Source: Octopus vulgaris | Lineage: Eukaryota | Assembly: GCA_951406725.2 (NCBI GenBank) | Contig: OX597824.1 | Coordinates: 48,112,001-48,176,000 of the forward strand | Reading direction: 5' to 3' | Length of the DNA: 64,000 nt | Shown here: positions 45,721 through 56,455 of the stretch, piece by piece | Layout of the letters: every line of letters starts with the position of its first letter | Position numbering within the stretch: position 1 is the first letter of the stretch | Notes under the pieces: model-generated | Seen by the model: only the letters and a program-made list of their open reading frames with translations | Databases searched by the model: none | Told to the model about the DNA's origin: nothing | Translations under genes and position numbers: made by a program

Positions 45721-46098
45721 TATTCTTTTTCTTTTTTTATTCTTTTATTTCTTTCAGCCATTTGATTGAGGCCATGCTGGAGCACTATCTTTAGTCAATC
45801 AAATCGACCCTTGGACTTATTCTATCGGTTTCTTTTGCTGAACCACTAAGTTACGGGGACATAAACACAAACAGTGGTTGTCACGCGATGGTGGGGGGAC
45901 AAACACAGACACACAAACATATATATATATATATATATATTATATGACAGGCTTCCTTCAGTTTCCATCTACCAAATCCACTCACAAGGCTTTGGTTAAC
46001 CCGAGGCAATAGTAGAAGACAAGGTGCTACACAGTGGAACTGAACCTGGAGTCATGTGGTTGGTAAGCAAGCTACTTACCACACAGCCATTCCTGCGC
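45721..46098 (-). mobile_element. tRNA-derived CORE-like SINE (family S2) with a CR1-LINE-derived 3' tail
   Basis: Minus-strand head GCGCAGGAATGGCTGTGTGGTAAG (A box)...GGTTCAGTTCC (B box), an internal (TA)n, and a 3' end GTGCTCCAGCATGGCCTCAATCAAATGGCTGAAAGAAATAAAAGAATA matching the LINE A tail. Confidence 0.85.
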
Positions 46099-46297
46099 TT
46101 ACACTACAAAATTATGCAGAATCCCATTTAAAATATTAGCTAACTTAATCATTTATTTGTTCAACAACCAGGTACCCATGTAGTTAGCACTTAGAATTGA
46201 CTTCTGCTTCACTGGCTTAGCCATGCTTCTCAATGTGCTCAAGAAACAGTTATCCATCCTTACTTCAATTACCATGAAATAGAGATAAAATCCTTAA

Positions 46298-46515
46298 CCC
46301 TTTAGCATTAAGATTATTCTGTCGATTGTAATGTTTATTTATTTACATTGTTTTGAATTAATCCTGAATTAGCCCACAACTTCAGGATTTCATTTATGTG
46401 ATTCTTTATTTTTAGTGACATTGTAGGTTAAGTGTGAGAGGTTGGATCTGGTCTGTTTGAACATGAAACAAGTAGAATATTTGGGTCAGACATGGTTGGT
46501 TTAAATGCGAATGGC
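46298..46515. mobile_element. piggyBac-derived MITE (family 2)
   Basis: TTAA|CCCTTTAGCATT ... AAATGCGAATGGC|TTAA. Related partial copies lie at ~50715-50860 and ~62610-62810. Confidence 0.75.
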
Positions 46516-47414
46516 TTAAAGGACTCTATAAACATCTTTCTGAGACAAGCATATACTAAACACTACTACTTGGTTCTTTAGTGCTGTTAATAGATTTCAT
46601 TGCTGTGAGCATTCTGAGCAGACCCTGATTTGTTCCCTGCCTACATTATTTTGGAAGGTGTTTCTTTAGGAAACTAAAGAAATCAAAGAGACAGTACACT
46701 CAAAAATGCTAAGCAATAATCAGTGTAACAAGTATCATTCCAATATTACAGCTGTTACAGAAATAACTCATGAAAACACTTTCAAGATACATGCTTGATG
46801 ACAATCAAACATGAGATATCTTGGGAGTGTTCTCTTGCTTATCAAACAATATTTTATTGATTTATATATTGAACTGCAATGGAAATTTCTTATGCTGACC
46901 ATTAGAAAACCATTTCACAATTATTATTTGTAATGCTTGTCATGCAATTTTAGTATATAATACCTAGTTTGAGTGATTTTTCTCACATGATTTTCAATAG
47001 TGACATATGATATGTGATTGACGTCAACTACACCCAAGGTCAAATTTAAAGGTTCTCTCTCTCTCAGTATATTAAAAATACTGAGGGAAAAATGTTTTAA
47101 TTTTGTTGTAGCAGAGACATTAGTACTTGTGATGTCAGCAACAATGAAACTATAACTGGTGATAAAATATGTATGTATGTATGTATGTATGTATGTGTGT
47201 GTGTGTGTGTGTATATAAACTAACAGTGATTGACATCAAGGTGTAAACATTTCCAAGCTTTCAGGACAGCTGCCAGATCTCATACAGAAATTAGATATAA
47301 GACAAAAATAAATAAATATATATATATATACACACACACAAAATTATAGCCAGGACTAATGGCAGATGATGCATGGTACTAACAAAAGATCAGTCCGGGA
47401 GATGATAAACTTAC

Positions 47415-47620
47415 TAACATACAATCTTTTGTGAATATCATGAACTAATTTTAAATACATTCCTGGAAGTTCTCATTGAAGAAGTTATGATTGGTTACAA
47501 GGGTCATTTAAAATTTAAACAATATATTCTACTAAAACCATCAAAGAAAGGCATCAAAATTTGGATATATACTGCACTCGATGCCGTGCTAATTACAGTA
47601 AATTTGCTGATCCTGGTGAT
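47415..47620 (-). other. Candidate exon (acceptor well supported, donor uncertain)
   Basis: Acceptor TTTTCTTTTCTTTTCCAG| at 47621. Possible donors GTATGT (47422) or GTAAGT (47414). In phase 2 it would end the upstream frame as ...GHL-SPGSANLL*. Confidence 0.35.
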
Positions 47621-49352
47621 CTGGAAAAGAAAAGAAAAACTACAAAAATTGTTCACAACATGTTAAGTGAAATGATCCAATATTTGATTGTTAACACCAG
47701 CTAGGTAACATTGTGCATGTTCAGCAGTGAGGAAGACTTTCTATAGATGTGTAACCCACCAGAACTAGAGTAGCCAAACCAACCTGGAAACAGATCCTAC
47801 TTTCTTAAAAATAGGCTAATATAATGTAAACTTATCTCAAAATAAGACAGGTCAGTCATGACCAAAACATCTTCCATTATAGGGGATACTCTTTAGGGCC
47901 TGTTTGAGAATAAATAGTAATAACATATGTATCAATTGTTTTCTGCATGTGAATTTAAAAAAAATTTTGGTCTTTAACATTTTTTATGTATTTTAATTTT
48001 AATATTTTTGGTTCTCTCATTGTTTTACTTGTTCTCTCAAAAAGTTTTGCTCTCTTTTGAAAAATGATATATTCAGAAGTGAACAAAATTATTTTGCCAT
48101 CATCTTAAACAGACTTTGTTCTATATTGTTGAAAATTATATTGAAATTTTGATTAAAAAAAAACAAAAAAAAACTAAGCATTAGTAAGTGTTTCTTCAAA
48201 GTGATTGATTATTCACAAATGTGTTAATAATCTGTTTGGACAAGGGTTACAGAGTTTCAAAGGGAAAGAAATTATAGAATAAAGGTTAAATACTATTAAA
48301 ATTAATGCATGTCTTCACTGTAATGGTGTAGGAGATAGCTCACTCAACCCTGTGAATTTCCAGTTCATCCCAACCCAAAGAAATACATAGATATGTAAAA
48401 AAATTGGCATGAAAAGATGATTAAAGACTACCTTGAGTCAAGATAAGGTTAACAAACCAATCAATCTCTAACCCTAACTTGTATATGAGAGAGAGAGAGA
48501 GAGAGAGAGAAAGAAAGAGAGCTTATTTTAGAAAGGGACATAATTAGGTTGATATTAGTAGGCATATGAATATATTTTATACTTGTATTACCCTAATAAC
48601 AGAGTAATTAATACAAGTCTATACATATTCCAATGAAAAGACAATTAGATGTAATTTTACTTAACATCAATATCTCATTTCTGTTAGGTTTCACTAGTTC
48701 AGTTTAATTCCATTGTATCATACGTCAAGCTTTTTACAGAGATTATCAAGATTTCATTATTGCAGTTTGTATAATTTCAATTTTATAAATAACATATTTT
48801 CCAACACAGGTGGCTGATTCTGCAATACAAAATTTCTTCAAGAATTCTACTCATATGCCTTCTTATCTGAGTAGTTTAATAGTCTCAGATATGTCTGCAC
48901 CATGTTTCTCTGGATCTTCTTTGGTTTACACACACATCAGCTATCTTTCACTATCAACTCATGGCACTTTTTCACCTAGTCTCCTTGTATATAGTAGAAA
49001 AAAAAAAAAAAAACTCTCACATTATCTTTAACATTTGCTGATGCACAAATTCTATAACCTGTATATCACTTTTAATGAACATCCTGGTGCATCAGATGTT
49101 CAATTTCCTGTCAATCTGCTAGAGATCCCATTGCACCAGTTATTCACTGTGTCCAAAATAAGATGTACCAAGGCTTTTTGTGTATCTTGTGACAATTATT
49201 TTAGTGTTCAACATGTTAACCATTAGTTCCTGACTACAGCTCTCTTTACCAGAATTCAAACTTTTTCTTAGAACCCACCCCCCAATCCCTAAATATAATT
49301 CAAGAAAGTTACAGAAGGTATCTAGTTTCCAACTTGGCTGTGGTTGCATTAG

Positions 49353-49567
49353 CCTTTTGGATACCATCCTACCCAAGATCACTTCTGGTTCCATGATGTG
49401 AACTTTATGTTCTAAAGTGATCAATATTAAAATGTTTCCTCATAATTTCATGCTAAATAATGTCCCATATATCAGCTAAATAACAAGTTATTTGACTAAA
49501 TTCTTAGTAATTTTCAAAATTAATTGACACAAAGGTAGTGTTATTCAACAGAAATATAACAAAAGGG
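49353..49567. mobile_element. piggyBac-derived MITE (family 1, degenerate)
   Basis: TTAG|CCTTTTGGATACC ... CAACAGAAATATAACAAAAGGG|TTAA. Confidence 0.65.
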
Positions 49568-49817
49568 TTAAGGAGCATAGTGAATGAAATAAAGAGGGCT
49601 GAAAAATCCACAGTATAAATGCTATTTTCCTCAGATAATATATGATGAAAATATTAAGAGAAATATATAATACTTGAAAGTAAGCTGAAGTAAAATTCAA
49701 ACTGGTAAAATTTAATCTGTTATAGTATTTTTATATTGGAATCAAATTTTTGCAATAATTTATTGAGAATTCTCTTACATGACTACAAGTATAATAATTT
49801 AAACCTTGTATAGATAA

Positions 49818-50000
49818 TGGTTCCAAATCTTGACACAATGCCAGCAATCCCAGTGCTCAAATGATGCTTATTTTATCAACTCTGAAAAGACGAAAGGCAA
49901 AGTTGATCCTGGAGAAATTTTAACTCGGAATATAAAGATGGATGAAATACTGTGAAACACTTTGCCTGGTGTACCAATAATGTTGCCAGCTTGCTACCTT
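49818..50000 (-). mobile_element. SINE family S1
   Basis: GGTTCCAAATCTTGACACAA...GAAAAGACGAAAGGCAAAGTTGA...TGCCAGCTTGCTACCTT. Confidence 0.75.
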
Positions 50001-50489
50001 AAACCTTGTAAAAATATAAAAAATAATTTTTATGTAACTTTAAATATGATGCGGTTTCAGATTCAATCCTTCAGCATGTTTTCTACCATGCTCTTGGATT
50101 GGCCATAGCCTTATGAATGAAATTTGAGAAATTGAAACAATGTGAAAGCCTGCTGTTGGGGACCAATAAAACAGATATTCTAGCATGAGGTCTGCTGGCT
50201 TGCTGTCACTTCTTCCTGCTTTTTCTACTGCTAATACAATGGAATTGGCTGGGCTCATGCCACATACCACTCAAGCAATTCTAATCTGCTTCTCTGTCTT
50301 CCTCTTATCACCCTCCATGTGCCCAACCCTTTCAGGCTCTTCCCTCACTGCTCTCTGCTCATATATTTTCCTGCAGTTCTACTGATCTTGACTGTGTCAG
50401 CAAAATATAATCTAGGGTTATCAAAGAAGTTTAGATGGAAATGTAACACTATTTTTTGGAGATTAACATATTTTTGTGAGCAACCCCAA

Positions 50490-50712
50490 GATTCCAAGTT
50501 TGATTCCAAGCAGTGACCTGAATAATAATAATAATAATAATATCGAAAAATACCTTAGGAATGAGAACCCATGTTCAAAATTTCCCCAAGACACCTGATG
50601 AAGGCTGGAGGGTATATCAGCTGAAATGTTGTGTTAACAACAAACAAGATGAGGACAAATATCCGTCTAATGTAAATAATCTACATAATTCCTCATCTCT
50701 TAAATATAGAAC
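50490..50712 (+). mobile_element. Penelope-like element terminal fragment carrying a minimal hammerhead ribozyme remnant (50591-50634)
   Basis: ACAC-CTGATGA-AGGCTG-gagggtatat-CAGCT-GAAA-TGTT-GTGT: stem I ACAC/GTGT, CUGAUGA and GAAA cores, and stem II. Two apparent CpG-decay changes. Confidence 0.6.
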
Positions 50713-51584
50713 TGTATGGTCAGGTCTAGTCTCTCAACTCTACAATGTCATTTAAAAAATAAACAAACACATCACTGAAATCTTGAAGTTGAGATAATGC
50801 CTGCTTAAGTCCAAACAATGCATTGTGTTTGACAGAATAATCTGAATGCTAATGAGTTAAAGCATTTTCTAAGAACAGACGAAAAATCTCACTACTACCT
50901 TAAACTATTTTATTATTCTGGTAAATATTTTGGATGGTGTTATCAACTAGCCATTTCAGAAAAGCAAAAACTGTTGCAACAGCAAGGGGGTGGGGTGAGA
51001 GAGAGAGAGAGAATACAATGTACTAAAGGCTAGTATTCATAGAATATTGTCCATCAAAGTATGATTATTTGGAAAATGACATTAAAAAAAAAAAAACTGC
51101 TTTAAAATGCAGGTGTTGTTTACTTCTATGTAGATGACAAGTGCCACTTTTTAAAATCATAGGATGTGATTTGAAGATTTGGTTGCTATTTCAAACTGTT
51201 TGAGCAATTGTATTGAAGTTTTCTAATTGGTTGATTTTAAAATTGATAAAGTGACATGCTACACGACTTATTTTAATTTTAGTTATATAAAGAGAAACAT
51301 ATAATGAAACTGAGATTATTATTTATTGAGAGCAAATATATATGCCAAATATATGAGGAATGAATTAGAAAAACATCCCAATCTAATCAAAAGCTCTGCA
51401 CTAACTCCTGTTCCCAATCCTTCTTCCCCTGAATGTCAGATGTCTGGAGTTCCTTCCATGCTCATGTCTTACCTTCAGTTGCTGAATTGCAACAATTTAA
51501 GCAGAGCATTAATAGCATCATCTCAAACACATGTGAAGGCTAAGAGTATTATCTTTTCCTCCAGATCCAGCAAGTAAAATACCA

Positions 51585-51801
51585 ATAATCCTTTCTGCAA
51601 CAGACACAAGGCCTGAACTTTTGGTGGAAGGGACGAGTTAATTACACTGACACCAGTGATCAACTGGGACTTATTTTATTGATCCTGAAAGGATGAAAAG
51701 CAAAATCAATCATGGTAGAATCTGAACCCAGAATGTAAAGACATGAAATGCCACTAAGTATTTTGCTCAGTATGCTAATGGTTCTGCCAGCTCACTGCCT
51801 T
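51585..51801 (-). mobile_element. SINE family S1
   Basis: AATAATCCTTTCTGC...CACAAGGCCTGAA...CCTGAAAGGATGAAAAGC...CTGCCAGCTCACTGCCTT. Confidence 0.85.
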
Positions 51802-51811
51802 CATCATCATA

Positions 51812-52739
51812 ATAATCCTTTCTACGAAAGGTACAAAGCCCGAAATTTTGGGGGAGGGGACTAGTCAGTTAAATCGATCCCAGTGTTTCACTGGTACTTA
51901 ATTTATTGACCCTGAAAGGATGACAGGGGCTTCTGATATATAAATTTTTCTTTATATTTTCTCTTCCCTTAAAATCTAACCTTTTTGTTTCTACATATTC
52001 CACTTAATTCCTTCTCATGTCATCAATACTTCAGTTAAAACCTGTTTTTTGCTTGTGAATACATATCTGTGGTTCATAATTTTTCTTTGTGATAGCCCAT
52101 TCCAACTTTCCAAAAGTTTGAAAATAAAAGGATTTCATTTAATGACCCCATATTGCATAAATTTATGAAAGTGCTGGAAATCTGTATATTTATATTGACT
52201 ATTAGCAATTGATAACCAAACTTTAAACTGAGGCTTGTTTATCATTGTTTATGGAATAATTATGGTTTCACAGTTTGAAAATCTTCAGGATCTTCAAACT
52301 GGATCTTGGCTTGCACTGTGAAAATTATTACTGTAGATGTTGTTGTTGTTCTTTTTCTTCTTCTCCTCCTCTCTTCTTTTTCTTCTTCTTCTCCTCCTCC
52401 TCTCTTCTTCTTTTTCTTCTTCTTCTCCTCCTATCTTCTTCTTTTTCTTCTTCTTCTCCTCCTCTCTTCTTTTTCTTCTTCTTCTCCTCCTCTCTTCTTT
52501 TTCTTCTTCTTCTCCTCCTCTCTTCTTCTTCTTCTTATTATTATTATTATTAAGGCAGTGAACTGGCTGAATCGTTAGCACACCAGGCAAAATGCTTAGT
52601 GAAATTTCATCTATCTTTACATTCTAAGTTCAAATTCCACTGAGCCTCAGTGGAATTTGAACTCAGAATGTAAAGACAGATGAAATGTCACTAAGCATTT
52701 TGCCTGGTGTGCTAACGATTCAGCCAGTTCACTGCCTTA
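51812..52739 (-). mobile_element. SINE family S1 split into two halves (51812-51923 and 52645-52739) by the inverted duplication
   Basis: The left half stops at CCTGAAAGGATGA and the right half resumes at CCTCAGTGGAATTTGAACTC. About 13 bp of consensus (AAGGCAAAGTCGA-like) is missing between them. Confidence 0.8.
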
Positions 52740-53189
52740 ATAATAATAAGAATAATAATAATAATGGGAAGTTGATCTACAGTAATAATTTTCACAGTGC
52801 AAGCCAAGATCCAGTTTGAAGATCCTGAAGATTTTCAAACTGTGAAACCATCATTATTCCATAAACAATGATAAACAAGCCTCAGTTTAAAGTTTGGTTA
52901 TCAATTGCTAATAGTCAATATAAATATACAGATTTCCAGCACTTTCATAAATTTATGCAATATGGGGTCATTAAATGAAATCCTTTTATTTTCAAACTTT
53001 TGGAAAGTTGGAATGGGCTATCACAAAGAAAAATTATGAACCACAGATATGTATTCACAAGCAAAAAACAGGTTTTAACTGAAGTATTGATGACATGAGA
53101 AGGAATTAAGTGGAATATGTAGAAACAAAAAGGTTAGATTTTAAGGGAAGAGAAAATATAAAGAAAAATTTATATATCAGAAGCACCTG
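51924..53189. repeat. Long inverted repeat (fold-back duplication) centred at 52645
   Basis: Centre CAAATTCCACTGAG-C-CTCAGTGGAATTTG. The arms match out to CAGGGGCTTCTGATATA / TATATCAGAAGCACCTG. Only the left arm has a ~200-bp CTT/CT expansion. Confidence 0.95.
52337..52551. repeat. Compound (GTT)(CTT/CCT)(ATT) microsatellite
   Basis: Direct reading; repeated TTTTTCTTCTTCTTCTCCTCCTCTCTTC units. Confidence 0.95.
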
Positions 53190-54491
53190 CAGCTTTTAAG
53201 GATACCTGGTAGTGTAATAAATTGATGCATTTCAAAGGAAAATTAGAAATGTAGTTTTTGAGAATAGTATCAGAAAAGACTGTTTAGACAAGATAGAGCT
53301 ATATGTTCCAATATTTCTATAACTGATGTAGGCTGAAGAGCAGAACAAATTGATGGTAGAAAATATTAATAATATTACAAAAATCTATTGATGAAAAACT
53401 GAAGCCTCACCAGATATATTTTGGAACAAATACTGACCTCTTGTCTGGTATACAGCTCTGAAATCTGGCTACAATAACTAGTCTAAACATAATACAGACT
53501 GATTATTGATCACACACAAGTCTCTATAATGGGTGTCTTACTGCTACAGCTACAATCAATATTCTTGTTTTATGTAATAATTTAGGTTTGCCAGAGCTAT
53601 TTTTTACCCATTCTAATTTTTCTATCAGTTACCTTACCTTCATTTCACACACTACTAATCTTTTTATAATCATGTTTTCTATAAAATTTTTATATTGATA
53701 ATCAGAATACCAAATTAATAAAAAAAAAGAAAAGAAAATAAAAGCTATCCTTTTATTACCTAAGCATATTTTGCAGAGCTACTGTGATGGCTTACAAACT
53801 TTATTTTGAATAAAAAGGTATTCCTTGATGCCATCAAACATCTATTTATCTCATCTTAACTCTATTCAATATCTCTCCAATAATATCACTTTCTCTCAAA
53901 ACTCCATATAACTATTGTCATATGAATGGGGTCATGCCAAGCCATCCATCAGAGAATGGCAAAATTTGGTAGTGAGAATTTGGTTTTGTTTTTCTGTAAT
54001 GCACTTGAAGGCCCAAACTTTCTAAATATGATGTTGATGGCCTACCTACTACTACTACTACTACTACTACTAACATCTTCACGAATGTGCTTTACCTAGT
54101 CTTCACCTTAATACCAACCCCCTACTTTAGGTCTCAGTTCAAATTCTCTTAGATATCATTTCCTCTTCCACTCTTTATCATACATTGCCAATCTTTCTTA
54201 ATATCATTCTCTGAAACTCCTTTTCTTTACAGATTTTCTGTCAGCTGGCAACCAGCTGTTGTTCAAAAAATAGTGTAGTCTTCAATGCACTATGTCTAAA
54301 TAAAAGACAATATGACATAACAGAGCTAAGATGAAAAAGATCATCATAGATCTACTGACCTGAGGCTAAGCAACACCAAGCATCAACACAAAACAAAGAT
54401 TATGGTCTCATAGTAGTTCACATCCGACTGTGTTACATTTGCATAATTGAGAAACACTATATACATCACTTGAAGGATGTTACTAACTTAC

Positions 54492-54597
54492 AGATGTCCC
54501 ATCACCATTGCAATGCAAAGTGCCTCAAATCCCAAATTTTGGCTCAGCTTTTCCAAGTGAGTTCCTTCAAGCTTTGCAAACTGCTCAATGAAGTTGG
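54492..54597 (-). CDS. Candidate coding exon (106 nt) of an unidentified host gene, with a weak ankyrin-like motif
   Basis: Acceptor CTGTTTCTTTCAG| and donor CT|GTAAGT. One frame is fully open: ANFIEQFAKLEGTHLEKLSQNLGFEALCIAMVMGHL. The G-x-x-A-L-x-x-A-x-x-x-G-H-L pattern resembles the ankyrin consensus. Confidence 0.5.
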
Positions 54598-55412
54598 CTG
54601 AAAGAAACAGTCTTGCACTTATTTATATCAACAACACAAAATTAAAACCCTCAAAATTGCTCAAATGCTAAGCCTTACAATCAATGATTTTAACTACTAT
54701 TGTATAATCAAGGAACATCTCCAGACATGTTTGATTTTATTAAGCTCTCATCAGCAAAGCATGGACTCCAGTGTACTTGCTGAAGTAAATGAGATAATCA
54801 CTATGGTTTCACATATGACAACACAGAAAAAAAAAAAAAACAGAATTGCCACCAGCATGGCTTGTTTTAGTCTACTTAGCTGAGCTCACTCCATTGTTAA
54901 GTGAACAACTAATTGGAAGAGCATTCAGCTGTAAAAATATTAAGTGACTTTAATATCAGTTTAATAAAAAAAAAAGCACAAAACAAATAAGTTACTACCA
55001 AACTGCTTTCTGTATTTATAAAATGCTGAGTAAACTTACATAATTTATATAGTCCCACCCAACCAGTTCTGCTCAAAGAAATGGCTAATCTCATGGTATA
55101 TCTTGAAACAAACAACTGAATTACAATCCCACATTCTAGCATGAAAAACATTTGCTGCTGACTCAAAGCAGAACTGGTCTGTATGCTTCATAAAATAAGA
55201 TGTATTTTAGCTGAACTGAGAAATACTCATTTAAGGTACAATGGTAGATTAATATTAATGTAACATCAGATAGAAAATTGTTATTCTAAACAAAGTTAAA
55301 CCATTAATGGCTGCTCAATGTGTGTAAGTAATGTGTTTGTATGTACTACACACACATATATATATATATACACACACACACACACTATAGAGATCAAAGA
55401 ACCATAGCTTAC

Positions 55413-55461
55413 CTTTGTGTAGCAAAGGCAGACAATTCATGAAACATCTCATTTTCTTGGT
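55413..55461 (-). CDS. Candidate coding exon (49 nt), phase-compatible with 54492-54597
   Basis: Donor AAG|GTAAGC, with a weak acceptor ATATTAG|. Reads TKKMRCFMNCLPLLHK+G, and G|CC joins in frame to ANFIEQF. Confidence 0.35.
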
Positions 55462-56284
55462 CTAATATATATATGTGTGTGTGTGTATATATTAAAACCA
55501 CTATTCATAAAATATGCATTATTTACAACTTTTATATTAAGTAAGTCTTCCAGTTCTAAGAACTGTTGTTTGCCAGCACATATGTGCATTGTTAGCACCA
55601 ACCATCTTTCGAAATGGTACTTATTTTCTGGCATAATAGATCTCTTATAAATGCATTTTATATGAACAATGAATGAAACTATTTTTTTTCATTTTGTTTT
55701 ACTAGACCAATGCTCAATTTCAGTTTCTATAAAAAGAAGCAGATGAAAGCAAGATCTTCCATTTGATAGAATGTAGGCTTATCACAGGTAGGTAACATTA
55801 ACTGCTGGAGTAAATGGAATTTAGTACTGCAAATCAACTAACAACAAATTTGCCACTAATTATATCTATGAGCTACATTGTTTGTGGCATATTTTAAAAC
55901 ACTAACACTTACAAATTTTAGTGTTTGGGCCATGGACACATCACAGAGCTGGAGGCAGATATGAATTATTTGCCTGGTATTGTCAGCTAGGGTGCCAAGC
56001 TTTACAGTTTATTTTCAAAAATATATAAAGGAAACCACTCATGTTAAAAAGGTCTCATCATTTTTGGTGGCAAAAAATGTTAATTGCTGACAATTATAAA
56101 TTTATTGTTTACAAGGAAAGGAAGAATTATAATTTCCATTATAGATTCAACAACAAATTTTATAGAAAAGCCAGTGTAGGAATTTCTAGTTGTTCTGAAT
56201 TTTTTTAATAAGATATAATACTGTAATGTTTATATTGTGTATTTATATCTCTACTTATGTCATTATCCTTTAGAGAGCTGGACC

Positions 56285-56455
56285 TCATCATCATCATCGT
56301 TTAACGTCCGTTTTCCGTGCTAGCACTGGTTGGATGGTTTGACCAGGGTCTGGGAAGCCAGGAGGCTGCACCAGGCTCCAGTCTGATCTGGCAGTGTTTC
56401 TACAGCTGGATGCCCTTCCTAATGACAACCACTCCGTGAGTGTAGTGGGTGCTTT
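56285..56455 (-). mobile_element. RTE-type 3' tail fragment
   Basis: CATCATCATCATCGTTTAACGTCCGTTTTCCGTGCTAGC...GGATGCCCTTCCTAATG...GTGGGTGCTTT is the reverse complement of 44650-44825. Confidence 0.85.

Noticed and set aside
52275-52590. ORFs rich in E/K/R or F/S/L
   Set aside because: Translations of the CTT/CCT microsatellite.
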